Positions 34,473 to 43,220 of a DNA stretch of 43,311 nt are shown here, piece by piece. The notes beneath the pieces were generated by a model that saw nothing but the letters and a program-made list of their open reading frames with translations, did no database searches and was not told the DNA's origin. The stretch spans positions 1-43,311 of the forward strand of contig JAISBK010000113.1 in assembly GCA_031266255.1 (NCBI GenBank), read 5' to 3'. Numbering within the stretch: position 1 is the stretch's first letter; each line of letters opens with the position of its first letter. This DNA is from Treponema sp. (lineage in GTDB: Bacteria; Spirochaetota; Spirochaetia; Treponematales; Breznakiellaceae). Position numbers and translations under genes: made by a program.

Positions 34473-36761
34473 ATGAGCATCGGACAAAGTGTGCCCCGAG
34501 TTGATGCCTATGAAAAGGTTACGGGCAGGGCAAAATATACCGGCGACCTGGTAGAACGGGATGCCCTCATCGGGAGGGTACTCCATGCCACCATTGCCCA
34601 CGGCTTGGTAAGCCGTATAGATAGTACTGAGGCGGCCCAGATCCCTGGGGTGGTGCAGATCATGACGTGCTTCGACGTACCGGATATCCCCTTCCCAACC
34701 GCGGGGCACCCTTGGTCCACGGATCCGAGCCACCAGGATCCTGCGGATCGGAAACTCTTAAACCGCCGGGTCAGATTGTACGGAGATGATATCGCGGTCG
34801 TAGTGGCTGAAGACGAAGTAGCCGCTGCCCAGGCACTGCGGGCCATCAAGGTGGACTATGAGACCTATCCTATACTGCTCAATCCTGAAGCGGCCATGCA
34901 GGAAGGAGCGCCGCTCATCCACGAGAACTGCCCCCGAAACATCCTCAAGCATACCGCTATGGAAGACGGCGATTTTGAAGCCGCGATTCAGGAGCCAGGA
35001 CTCTTGCACTTTGAGGAGACCTATGAAACCCAGCCTGTGCAGCACTGCCATATTGAACCAGTCATATCCTTTGCCTACATGGAAAACGGGCGGATAGTGG
35101 TGGTCTCTTCTACCCAAATCCCCCATATTGTACGGCGCATCGTTGCCCAGGCCCTGGGGCTTCCCTGGGGTAAGGTGCGTATTATCAAACCCTTCGTAGG
35201 AGGCGGTTTTGGTAACAAGCAGGACGCCCTCTATGAACCCCTCAATGCGTACCTCTCCTTGCATTTAGGCGGACGTTTGGTGAAGTTGGAATTAAGCCGG
35301 GAGGAGATCTTTTTTGCCACCCGGGTGCGGCATGGGATGCAGATCCGGCTTTCTGCCTATATACGTCCCAATGGCAGGATCGTAGCCCGACAGTACCGGG
35401 CCTACTCAAACCAAGGGGCTTATGGTTCTCATGGGCATAGCATTGCCGCGAAAGGAACCAACGTGTTCCGCCAGTTGTACCAGGATGAAAAGGCCCGAAA
35501 ACTTGACATTTTTACGGTCTATACGAACACCGCTACTGCCGGGGCTATGCGGGGATATGGCACTCCCCAGGCGGTGTTTGCCATCGAATCCCAGATGGAA
35601 GATATAGCTTACGCACTTAACCTAGACCCTATCGAATTCCGTTTTATGAACCTCATGCCCCAGGGTTTTCGGGATCCCTTTTCCAAGAATGTCAACTACT
35701 TTGATTCCTTTCCTCAGTGTGTGGAGCAAGGTAAGGCCTACATCCACTGGGAGGAAAAAAGACGGGCCTATCAGGGTCAGCGCGGCCCGGTGCGGCGGGG
35801 TGTGGGGATGGCCCTGTTTTGGTACAATACCGCGGTATGGCCGATTTCAATTGAAGTCTCCTCTTGTAGGATGGTGCTGAATCAAGACGGAAGCCTGCAA
35901 GTCCAACTGGGGGAGACAGAAATCGGTCAGGGGGCAGATACGATCTTTGCCCAGATGACCAGCGAAACCTTGGGGGTGCTGCTGGAACAGGTGCACGTTA
36001 TAAGCACGCAGGATACGGACATTACCCCCTTTGGTACCGGGGCTTATGGTTCCCGGCAAAGCTATGTGGGGGGAATGGCCATACAAAAAACCGCGCACCT
36101 GCTCAAGGACAAGATTCTGGACCTTGCGGCAAGCTACACCGGTATGCAAACCTCGGCCTTGGATATTCAGGCAGGGATCATTGTGCTGCGATCCCTGCAT
36201 GACAAGCCGCTGATGAGTTTGGGAGAGCTGGCCACGGAGGTGCTTTACAGTCCGGTCCATGCAGAACACCTCACCGCAGAAACTACCCTGCAAGCCAAGA
36301 GCAATGCTTACAGTTTCGGCTGTGCTTTTGCAGAAGTTGAAGTGGATATCCCCTTGGGGAAAGTACGGCTCTTGGATATGATCAACGTCCATGACTGCGG
36401 CAGGCTGCTTAATCCCCAGCTTGCCCAGGCCCAGGTACATGGGGGCATGAGTATGGCGATTGGATACGGCCTCTCGGAACAACTCCTCTACGATACCAAG
36501 ACCGGTAGGCTCTTAAACGGTACGTTTCTTGATTACAAAATGGCTACTAGTATGGATCATCCTCATCTTGCTACGGCGTTTGTTGAGAATTATGAACCTA
36601 CCGGTGCATACGGCAGTAAAGCCCTAGGAGAACCTCCGGCAGTACCTGGGGCGCCGGCGATTCGTAACGCGGTACTCCATGCCACCGGAGTGGGGATACA
36701 TCGCATCCCCTTAACCCCCCATGTCTTGGTTCCGGCTTTTAAACAAGCCGGGCTTATATGA
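34473..36761 (+). CDS. xdhA: xanthine dehydrogenase family, molybdopterin-binding large subunit
   Basis: GQSVPRVDAYEKVTGRAKYTGD N-terminus, GGGFGNK, and MRGYGTPQ blocks of the Mo-hydroxylase family. Gene order and sizes match E. coli xdhABC. A guanine deaminase gene lies nearby. Confidence 0.8.
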   Translation: MSIGQSVPRVDAYEKVTGRAKYTGDLVERDALIGRVLHATIAHGLVSRIDSTEAAQIPGVVQIMTCFDVPDIPFPTAGHPWSTDPSHQDPADRKLLNRRVRLYGDDIAVVVAEDEVAAAQALRAIKVDYETYPILLNPEAAMQEGAPLIHENCPRNILKHTAMEDGDFEAAIQEPGLLHFEETYETQPVQHCHIEPVISFAYMENGRIVVVSSTQIPHIVRRIVAQALGLPWGKVRIIKPFVGGGFGNKQDALYEPLNAYLSLHLGGRLVKLELSREEIFFATRVRHGMQIRLSAYIRPNGRIVARQYRAYSNQGAYGSHGHSIAAKGTNVFRQLYQDEKARKLDIFTVYTNTATAGAMRGYGTPQAVFAIESQMEDIAYALNLDPIEFRFMNLMPQGFRDPFSKNVNYFDSFPQCVEQGKAYIHWEEKRRAYQGQRGPVRRGVGMALFWYNTAVWPISIEVSSCRMVLNQDGSLQVQLGETEIGQGADTIFAQMTSETLGVLLEQVHVISTQDTDITPFGTGAYGSRQSYVGGMAIQKTAHLLKDKILDLAASYTGMQTSALDIQAGIIVLRSLHDKPLMSLGELATEVLYSPVHAEHLTAETTLQAKSNAYSFGCAFAEVEVDIPLGKVRLLDMINVHDCGRLLNPQLAQAQVHGGMSMAIGYGLSEQLLYDTKTGRLLNGTFLDYKMATSMDHPHLATAFVENYEPTGAYGSKALGEPPAVPGAPAIRNAVLHATGVGIHRIPLTPHVLVPAFKQAGLI

Positions 36762-37657
36762 AGAAGGATACAGGGATGTATGATATAGAAGCTTTATACG
36801 AAGCCGAAAGTGTGGAGCATGCCATTGCCCTCTTGGAGGAACACCAGGAGAGCCGGATCATCGCGGGGGGAAGCGATGTATTGATTCACCTCAGAGCAGG
36901 CAAACTTACAGGAGCGGTACTGGTGAGTATCCAGAAATTGGATGAATTGCGGGGTATTTCCCTTGAGCAGGATGGGTCCATCCGTATTGGGGCGCTCACG
37001 AGTTTTTCCCGGATTACCCAAGACCCCCTGATCCAAAAGCATCTTGGGGTCTTAGGGGAGGCGGTTTCTTTGATCGGCGGGCCTCAGATCAGAAATATCG
37101 GTACTATAGGCGGGAATACCTGTAATGGCGTAAGTTCTGCAGACAGCGGGGCAACCCTCATGGCTTTGGATGCGGTCATGGAATACCGGGGGCCTAAAGG
37201 GGTACGTCTGGTACCGATACAAGCGCATTATGTTGGTCCGGGGAAAACCGCGTTGAACCACGAAGAAGTGCTCACGGCGATAACGATACCCCAAGAGAGC
37301 TACCGGCGTTGTTACGGCCGTTATCTGAAATACGCCATGCGGAATGCTATGGATATCGCCACCCTGGGCTGTTCGGTGAATGTACGGCTTACCGAGGATA
37401 ACCAGTATCTGGAACGGGTTCGTATTGGTTTTGGGGTGGCAGGCCCGGTACCGATGCGGTCCCCCAATGCAGAGGCTGTACTCCAGGGGAAGCCGGTCAG
37501 TGAAGCAAGTCTCTGTTTGGCAGGTACCACGGTGCTCAAGGATGTACAGCCCCGTTCAAGCTGGCGGGCCAGTAAGGACTTGCGCGTACACCTGGTGGAA
37601 GAACTGACCAAACGGGCATTAGGGTGTTCCATACGCCATGCAGGAGGGCTTATATGA
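36758..37657 (+). CDS. xdhB: xanthine dehydrogenase family, FAD-binding subunit
   Basis: IIAGGSDVLIHLR...IRNIGTIGGN (FAD_binding_5/CO-dehydrogenase flavoprotein motifs). ATGA overlap with xdhA. Confidence 0.8.
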   Translation: MKKDTGMYDIEALYEAESVEHAIALLEEHQESRIIAGGSDVLIHLRAGKLTGAVLVSIQKLDELRGISLEQDGSIRIGALTSFSRITQDPLIQKHLGVLGEAVSLIGGPQIRNIGTIGGNTCNGVSSADSGATLMALDAVMEYRGPKGVRLVPIQAHYVGPGKTALNHEEVLTAITIPQESYRRCYGRYLKYAMRNAMDIATLGCSVNVRLTEDNQYLERVRIGFGVAGPVPMRSPNAEAVLQGKPVSEASLCLAGTTVLKDVQPRSSWRASKDLRVHLVEELTKRALGCSIRHAGGLI

Positions 37658-38160
37658 GCCAAGCAAAACCTGAGGGACATTCCCGGCAATGGGTATTGGT
37701 ACGCTGTGTCATCAACGGGAGACCTACCGAAACCATGGTGGATGTACGGGCATCCCTAGCGGATATGCTTCGTGCTGAGTACCGGTTGACCAGTGTGAAG
37801 CAAGGCTGTGGGGTGGGGGAATGTGGAGCTTGTACGGTACTCATCAATGGGGAATCCTTTAATGCCTGCATTTACCTTGCCGTATGGGCCGAAGGCAAGG
37901 AAATCCGTACCCTGGAAGGGGTTGCTGGAGCAAACGGGGAACTTTCTGCGGTACAACAGGCTTTTGTTGAAGAAGGAGCCATACAATGTGGGTTCTGTAC
38001 CCCTGGGTTTGTGATGACTGCAGAAGAGATTGCTGCAACAGGAAAAAAGTACACCGATGAGGAACTGCGGAAACTGCTTTCAGGCCATTTATGCCGCTGT
38101 ACCGGATACGAAAACATCCTCAAGGCGGTGAAGCGGGTCGTCGGCACGAGCACCGGGTAA
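37654..38160 (+). CDS. xdhC: xanthine dehydrogenase family, [2Fe-2S] subunit
   Basis: GCGVGECGACTV (plant-type ferredoxin cluster) and QCGFCTPG...LCRCTGY (second cluster). ATG 37654 overlaps the xdhB stop (ATGA). Confidence 0.85.
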   Translation: MSQAKPEGHSRQWVLVRCVINGRPTETMVDVRASLADMLRAEYRLTSVKQGCGVGECGACTVLINGESFNACIYLAVWAEGKEIRTLEGVAGANGELSAVQQAFVEEGAIQCGFCTPGFVMTAEEIAATGKKYTDEELRKLLSGHLCRCTGYENILKAVKRVVGTSTG

Positions 38161-38242
38161 ACCATAGCCGGCGGGGTGTTTTCAGGGCCTTTTTTAACCG
38201 ATAGTATGGGTATAGTTTAGAAAATAAAAAAGGAATAACACG

Positions 38243-38827
38243 ATGAGTATGTACCGGTTTCATTATCTGCTTGTTTTGGTTTGTTTCTTGGTGGCTACCC
38301 TGGGAGTGGCCCAAACCGTCCCCGATGAAGGCGCTTCAACTACCGGCAATGCTGAAGAAAAGCCGGAACTTCCCCGGGTGTACCGAGAACTTTCTTTGGG
38401 TATGAACCTTGAAGACCTGAAAAAAGCCCTGGAGCAGGATGAGCTTTTTCACTTCCGTGGAGACCGGGATGTTTCGTTCCTTCCTATCGGGGAGCAGAAC
38501 GTGGTTGAAACCACCGGTTTTTCCTTTATTAAGCGGGCGCTGTTTCAACTCCGGTCTGGGGCACTCTTTGCCATGACCTTTACCATGAATACAGAACTGG
38601 TGGATCATTATTCGATCTTCACGGCCTTTGTGAAAAAATACGGAGAGCCGGATTTCCTTGACCCTAAGCAGGCAATTTGGGAATCAGCAGCTACTCGAAT
38701 CGCCATTGAACGGCCTTTGACGGTAAAATATATGGATATGCAGGTGTTTAATGAATTCCTTGATACCGCTCAAACAAAAGAATCCCAGGACTTGCGTTTG
38801 CAAGAGGATTTTTTGAATGGGTTTTAA
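38243..38827 (+). CDS. hypothetical secreted protein
   Basis: Signal peptide MSMYRFHYLLVLVCFLVATLGVAQ. No family recognised. The stop overlaps the next ORF. Confidence 0.6.
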   Translation: MSMYRFHYLLVLVCFLVATLGVAQTVPDEGASTTGNAEEKPELPRVYRELSLGMNLEDLKKALEQDELFHFRGDRDVSFLPIGEQNVVETTGFSFIKRALFQLRSGALFAMTFTMNTELVDHYSIFTAFVKKYGEPDFLDPKQAIWESAATRIAIERPLTVKYMDMQVFNEFLDTAQTKESQDLRLQEDFLNGF

Positions 38828-39314
38828 CGGTTTTTTTCGGGTTTTTCTGCCTATTCAGCGGGGAAAGCAGCGCTGGATCGGTTTTATATGGTGCCTCTGT
38901 TTTGTTCTGACCGGGGTAAATTGTATGGCTCGGGGTTTGATGTTTGAAACCCGGGAATTAGCGATTGAAACCACCCAAGGAATGCGGATACCCTTGAGCG
39001 TTGAGATTGCCCGGACTGATGAGGAACGATCCCAGGGGCTTATGAACCGAAAGAGCCTTGCAGATGGTAAGGGAATGCTCTTTGTTTTTGAACGAGATCA
39101 GATCCTGTCTTTCTGGATGAAAAACACGCTCATTCCCCTTTCTATCGCTTTTATTTCCGCTGAAGGAAAGATCCTCGAAATCCACGATATGGAACCGGGC
39201 AATATAAACCCCCTCCATTCAAGCCGCTCAGCTCGGTATGCCCTTGAAACCCCCCAGTCCTGGTTCATCCGGGCCGGGGTTGCCGTGGGGGATATCCTGC
39301 AGGTGGAATGGTAG
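38817..39314 (+). CDS. DUF192 domain protein
   Basis: GLMNRKSLADGKGMLFVFERDQILSFWMKNTLIPLSIAFISAEGKILEI...ARYALE is the DUF192 signature. Confidence 0.75.
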   Translation: MGFNGFFRVFLPIQRGKQRWIGFIWCLCFVLTGVNCMARGLMFETRELAIETTQGMRIPLSVEIARTDEERSQGLMNRKSLADGKGMLFVFERDQILSFWMKNTLIPLSIAFISAEGKILEIHDMEPGNINPLHSSRSARYALETPQSWFIRAGVAVGDILQVEW

Positions 39315-39320
39315 CGTATC

Positions 39321-40607
39321 ATGGACGGTCGTAATTTTATATTAAAAGGGGATATCTGTTACAGTAAAACCAGGACCTCCCTGGCTACTGCAGAAAATAG
39401 CTTCTTGGTTTGTGCAGAAGGGAAATCCGCCGGGGTATTTTCCCAGTTTTCCCACATACCGCTTCCGTATAGATCGTTTCCCTGTATAGATCATACCGGA
39501 AAGCTCATCATACCCGGTCTGGTAGACCTTCATATACATGCCCCCCAATTCGCGTTTAGAAGTTTGGGAATGGATCTGGAACTTCTCGACTGGCTTGAAA
39601 CGCGGGCCTTTCCTGAAGAAACGAAATACCAGGATACCGGTTATGCCCTGAGGGCCTATACCGCTTTGGTGGAAGAGTTACAGCAGGGGCCAAATACCCG
39701 GATATGCCTCTTTGGGACGGTACATGTACCGGCTACGCTGCTCTTGATGGACTTGCTTGAGAACTCAGGGCTGGTGTGTATGGCCGGTAAGGTCAACATG
39801 GACCGAAACAGCCCGGATACCCTGCGAGAACAGGATGCGGCATGTTCAGTAGCGGCAACCCGGGAATGGCTTGAACGGTGCGGAACCTACACGCGCTGTA
39901 AACCCATCCTGACTCCCCGGTTTATTCCTTCTTGTACTGACGAGCTATTACGCGGCTTATCCGAGATCCAGCAACAGTATAACGTGCCCCTCCAATCCCA
40001 TCTATCGGAAAATCTCAAGGAAATCGCCTGGGTTCAAGAGCTTTGTCCTAAGAGTAGCTGTTATGGGGATGCCTATACCCAGTTTAATCTCTTTGGAGGC
40101 GCTGTACCGACCATCATGGCCCACTGTGTCTATTCAGGGAACGAAGAAATAGCGCTCATGCAGCGCCGGGGAGTCTATGTTGCCCATTGCCCCCAGTCAA
40201 ATATGAATCTCTCTTCGGGGATTGCTCCGGTACGGCGCTACCTTGAGGCAGGACTCTCCGTAGGTCTGGGCAGTGATGTAGCTGGAGGTGTACATACTTC
40301 GATTTTCCGGGCCATGACCGATGCGATTGGGGTTTCCAAGCTGCGCCGATGTACCGGAACCGGCGATGAAGCTCCTCTTACTTTGGAAGAAGCTTTTTAC
40401 CTAGGCACCCAAGGGGGCGGTTCTTTCTTTGGCCAGGTTGGGTCTTTTGAGGTGGGGTATGAATTCGACGCCCTCGTTATGGAAGATCCGCATCCGGTTC
40501 CTCCCTTTCCCCTAAGCCTGCGGGAACGGCTTGAACGGATTGTGGGGTGTTCGGATGAGCGAGCTATCCTGGAGAAATACGTCCAGGGCATACTCCTGCC
40601 GCGATAG
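39321..40607 (+). CDS. guaD: guanine deaminase (amidohydrolase superfamily)
   Basis: PGLVDLHIHAPQFAFRSLGMDLELLDWLETRAFPEE, SHLSENLKEI, HCVY, GLGSDVAGG. The pattern matches guanine deaminases as I recall them from E. coli GuaD. Confidence 0.8.
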   Translation: MDGRNFILKGDICYSKTRTSLATAENSFLVCAEGKSAGVFSQFSHIPLPYRSFPCIDHTGKLIIPGLVDLHIHAPQFAFRSLGMDLELLDWLETRAFPEETKYQDTGYALRAYTALVEELQQGPNTRICLFGTVHVPATLLLMDLLENSGLVCMAGKVNMDRNSPDTLREQDAACSVAATREWLERCGTYTRCKPILTPRFIPSCTDELLRGLSEIQQQYNVPLQSHLSENLKEIAWVQELCPKSSCYGDAYTQFNLFGGAVPTIMAHCVYSGNEEIALMQRRGVYVAHCPQSNMNLSSGIAPVRRYLEAGLSVGLGSDVAGGVHTSIFRAMTDAIGVSKLRRCTGTGDEAPLTLEEAFYLGTQGGGSFFGQVGSFEVGYEFDALVMEDPHPVPPFPLSLRERLERIVGCSDERAILEKYVQGILLPR

Positions 40608-40615
40608 GTGGGTGC

Positions 40616-40993
40616 ATGAATTTGCTCTATGTTATTATTGGCGGTGGCATTGGGGCCTTATTACGTTATGTTTCAAGTCAATTCATAAGTTCATCCATAC
40701 CTATTAAATTTCCTTTTGGTACTCTTTTTGTTAATTGTGTTGGCGCATTAGCAATAGGTTTTTTAATAAACCTTTTTGATCTATTTTCCCTAAACGTTAA
40801 ATGGAAATTATTGGTAATAACCGGTTTTCTGGGAGCTTATACCACATTTTCAACCTATTCGTTGGAAACCGTTCAGTATTTTATGAGCGGCAATATTAAA
40901 CACGCGGTTATAAATATACTGTTGAATAATGTTTTATGTATAGTATTGGTATTCTTGGGAATATGGTTGAATAAAATACTATTCATAAAATGA
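40616..40993 (+). CDS. crcB: fluoride ion channel CrcB/FluC
   Basis: 125 aa, four TM segments. GGGIGALLRY...FPFGTLFVNCVGALAIGF...GFLGAYTTFSTYS are CrcB signatures. Confidence 0.9.
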   Translation: MNLLYVIIGGGIGALLRYVSSQFISSSIPIKFPFGTLFVNCVGALAIGFLINLFDLFSLNVKWKLLVITGFLGAYTTFSTYSLETVQYFMSGNIKHAVINILLNNVLCIVLVFLGIWLNKILFIK

Positions 40994-41005
40994 CAGGATA
41001 AATAA

Positions 41006-41389
41006 ATGTTTGACAAACTAAAAGAAACATCGAAACAAATTACCCAAAATTTATCTGTTTTGTATATTGCCTATAAACGGAAAGATGTTCCAATACTTGC
41101 AAAGCTAATAGTTGTAATGGCAATACTTTATGCATTATCGCCGTTAGATGTAATACCTGATTTTATCCCGGTGTTAGGTTATCTTGATGATTTAATCATA
41201 TTACCGCTATTAATATATTTATCGATAAGAATTATTCCAAAGCATATATTTGAAGCATGTAAAGAAGAAGCAAAAGAAATAAAAATAGACAGAAAATATA
41301 AAAGATGGTATTACGGGATACCGGTAATAATAATTTGGATAATAATTGGAACAATACTATTAAAAAATATATTGGAGAAAATATCGTAA
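41006..41389 (+). CDS. DUF1232 (YkvA-like) membrane protein
   Basis: YALSPLDVIPDFIPVLGYLDDLIILPL is the DUF1232 core motif. Confidence 0.8.
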   Translation: MFDKLKETSKQITQNLSVLYIAYKRKDVPILAKLIVVMAILYALSPLDVIPDFIPVLGYLDDLIILPLLIYLSIRIIPKHIFEACKEEAKEIKIDRKYKRWYYGIPVIIIWIIIGTILLKNILEKIS

Positions 41390-41539
41390 GTTATAGAATA
41401 ACGCACTGTATTTTGTCGGCACGGGAAATGCAGCGCATTTATCCGGGATGAAATTTTTGAAAAATGGGGTCGCCACCATCCATGGCAGCATAAAAAACCG
41501 GACTTGACAATTTTTTAATGATAATATAGAACCTTTTAT

Positions 41540-42499
41540 ATGAGTGTTTTATCGAAATTGCAACCTTTTTTTATTATTCTCTCGGCTTTAATTGGAATAG
41601 CCCTTGGGAAATTTATCCCTTTTCTAGAGCAATATGCAGGAAATTTTATTGAACTCTTCTTGATGTGTATGCTCTTTTTTGTTTTTTTGAATGTTCAAAT
41701 AAAAGAAATTACAAAATCATTTTCAGATTTACGTTTTTCTTTTTCAGCGTTAATAATTAATTTTATTTTTACGCCTTTATTTACTTTTGTGTTGTCAAAA
41801 ACATTCCTTTCAGGGCAGATTGATTTACAAATAGGCTTTATAATGTTAATGGTTACGCCCTGCACAGACTGGTATTTAATTTTTACCGGTCTTGCAAATG
41901 GCAACGTTTCGTTGGGAGCTTCAATTTTACCGTTAAATTTAATTTTACAAATTATATTATTGCCCTTGTATTTGTTGCTATTCATGGGAACGGAAGTTTC
42001 TTTTGAAATTTCCACAATTATTTATAGTATTGTTCTTGTTTTGATTGTACCTCTTGTTGCTGCAAATGCAGTAAAATTCATCGTAAAAAAAATTAACGGG
42101 CAAAATCTTCTTATAAAAATAGTGAAAAAGGCGGATGATATTCAATGTATATTGCTCTGTTTTGCCATAATTTCAATGTTTGCATCTCAAGGAGTATTAT
42201 TACTGGATAATACCATCTTGTTTATAAAATTATTGCCTGTCTTATTAATATTTTTTGTAGTTATTTTTTGTGTTTCACTGTTTACAGGAAACGTATTAAA
42301 AATACCTTTTGAAAATAGTATATCGCTTGTTTTTACTACATCGGCACGGAATTCACCTATTTCATTGGCAATAGCAACGATCACCTTTCCTCTACAGCCG
42401 GTTATATCATTAGTATTGGTAATGGGACCATTGATTGAATTACCAATACTTGCAATAAATTCTATAATCTTAAAAAAGATTGGAAAAACCAACCAATAA
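41540..42499 (+). CDS. ACR3/bile-acid:sodium symporter (BART superfamily) transporter
   Basis: 319 aa, about 10 TM segments. IGFIMLMVTPCTDWYLIF and FTTSARNSPISLAIA resemble the two crossover-helix motifs of ACR3/BASS proteins. Substrate cannot be assigned. Confidence 0.65.
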   Translation: MSVLSKLQPFFIILSALIGIALGKFIPFLEQYAGNFIELFLMCMLFFVFLNVQIKEITKSFSDLRFSFSALIINFIFTPLFTFVLSKTFLSGQIDLQIGFIMLMVTPCTDWYLIFTGLANGNVSLGASILPLNLILQIILLPLYLLLFMGTEVSFEISTIIYSIVLVLIVPLVAANAVKFIVKKINGQNLLIKIVKKADDIQCILLCFAIISMFASQGVLLLDNTILFIKLLPVLLIFFVVIFCVSLFTGNVLKIPFENSISLVFTTSARNSPISLAIATITFPLQPVISLVLVMGPLIELPILAINSIILKKIGKTNQ

Positions 42500-42801
42500 A
42501 ATACGCCCTCCATGAGTATAACATGAGAGATGGGAGTCTCGCCGGACTTTCGGTCCTGCCTTTTCAGGGTATTCCAACCTCCTGTCCGTGATGCGGCAAG
42601 GTAAACGTTCCTGCTGTATATGATTCTATACTTGCCGATGAGGTCGGCCTTAACAAGACCATAGAAGCGGGTATTATCATTTCCCAGAAATGGGCCGAAC
42701 GAAAACGCAAAATCCTCATCATCCTGCCCGCCAATTGCAAACGAACCCTGGGGCACCAGGTATTGCCCTATATACCCACCGTCTTCCTCCTTTGCAGCCC
42801 T
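42500..42801 (-). pseudogene. truncated remnant resembling a DUF4357-type C-terminal domain (found on restriction-modification/GIY-YIG associated proteins)
   Basis: Minus-strand translation is ...GGYIGQYLVPQGSFAIGG...YGLVKADLIGKYRIIYSRNVYLAASRTGGWNTLKRQD. It is GC-rich. The frame runs by chance into AT-rich island 2 (ORF 42187..42756), so the original end of the gene is lost. Confidence 0.3.
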
Positions 42802-42847
42802 TTACGCCAGAAGAAAGCAAAGACCGGCTCTACAACCTGGTGTCGGC

Positions 42848-43220
42848 TTGAAAGAGCGAGAGATCATTGCCGGAGTATCCAAACGCAACGCCGATTATTT
42901 TGAGAACGAGGCGGAGAAACTGGACGGCTGGGCCGAAGACCTAAAGCTCGGCCTCGAACGGGAAATCAAAGACATAGACAAGCAGATAAAGGAAACCCGC
43001 CGCCTTCTCGGTCGCCGCCCTGACCCTTGATGAAAAATTAAAGCGCCAAAGGGAGATCAAGAGCCTGGAAAGCGCCCGGAACATCAAACGGAAATCCCTC
43101 TTTGACACCCTGGACGACATCGACCGCCGCCGTGACGCGCTAATCGAAAGCATTGAAGAAAAATTGAAGATAGGGTACACTAAGCAAGTGTTATTCGAGA
43201 TCGAGTGGAGGCTGAGGTGA
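42848..43220 (+). pseudogene. frameshifted C-terminal fragment of a defence-type helicase (coiled-coil tail)
   Basis: Frame 1 reads ...NADYFENEAEKLDGWAEDLKLGLEREIKDIDKQIKETRR and stops at 43030. The +1 frame continues LTLDEKLKRQREIKSLESARNIKRKSLFDTLDDIDRRRDALIESIEEKL...EIEWRLR to the stop at 43218-43220. This tail resembles helicases annotated as type III restriction res/SNF2-like (from memory). No helicase core lies upstream. Confidence 0.45.

Larger units (their letters stand above)
40616..42499. other. AT-rich accessory island 2 (crcB, DUF1232, ACR3/BASS-like transporter)
   Basis: There is an abrupt composition switch 8 nt after the guaD stop. GC-rich sequence resumes right after the stop at 42499. 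No mobility gene is visible. Confidence 0.6.

Noticed and set aside
41390-41539. Fluoride riboswitch near crcB or the ACR3-like gene
   Set aside because: The conserved blocks of the crcB motif (GGnGAUGG...UUC.CC, AACCGCC, CUGAUGAUGCCUAC) are absent on both strands here. They are also absent from the 8-nt gap and the 3' end of guaD upstream of crcB.
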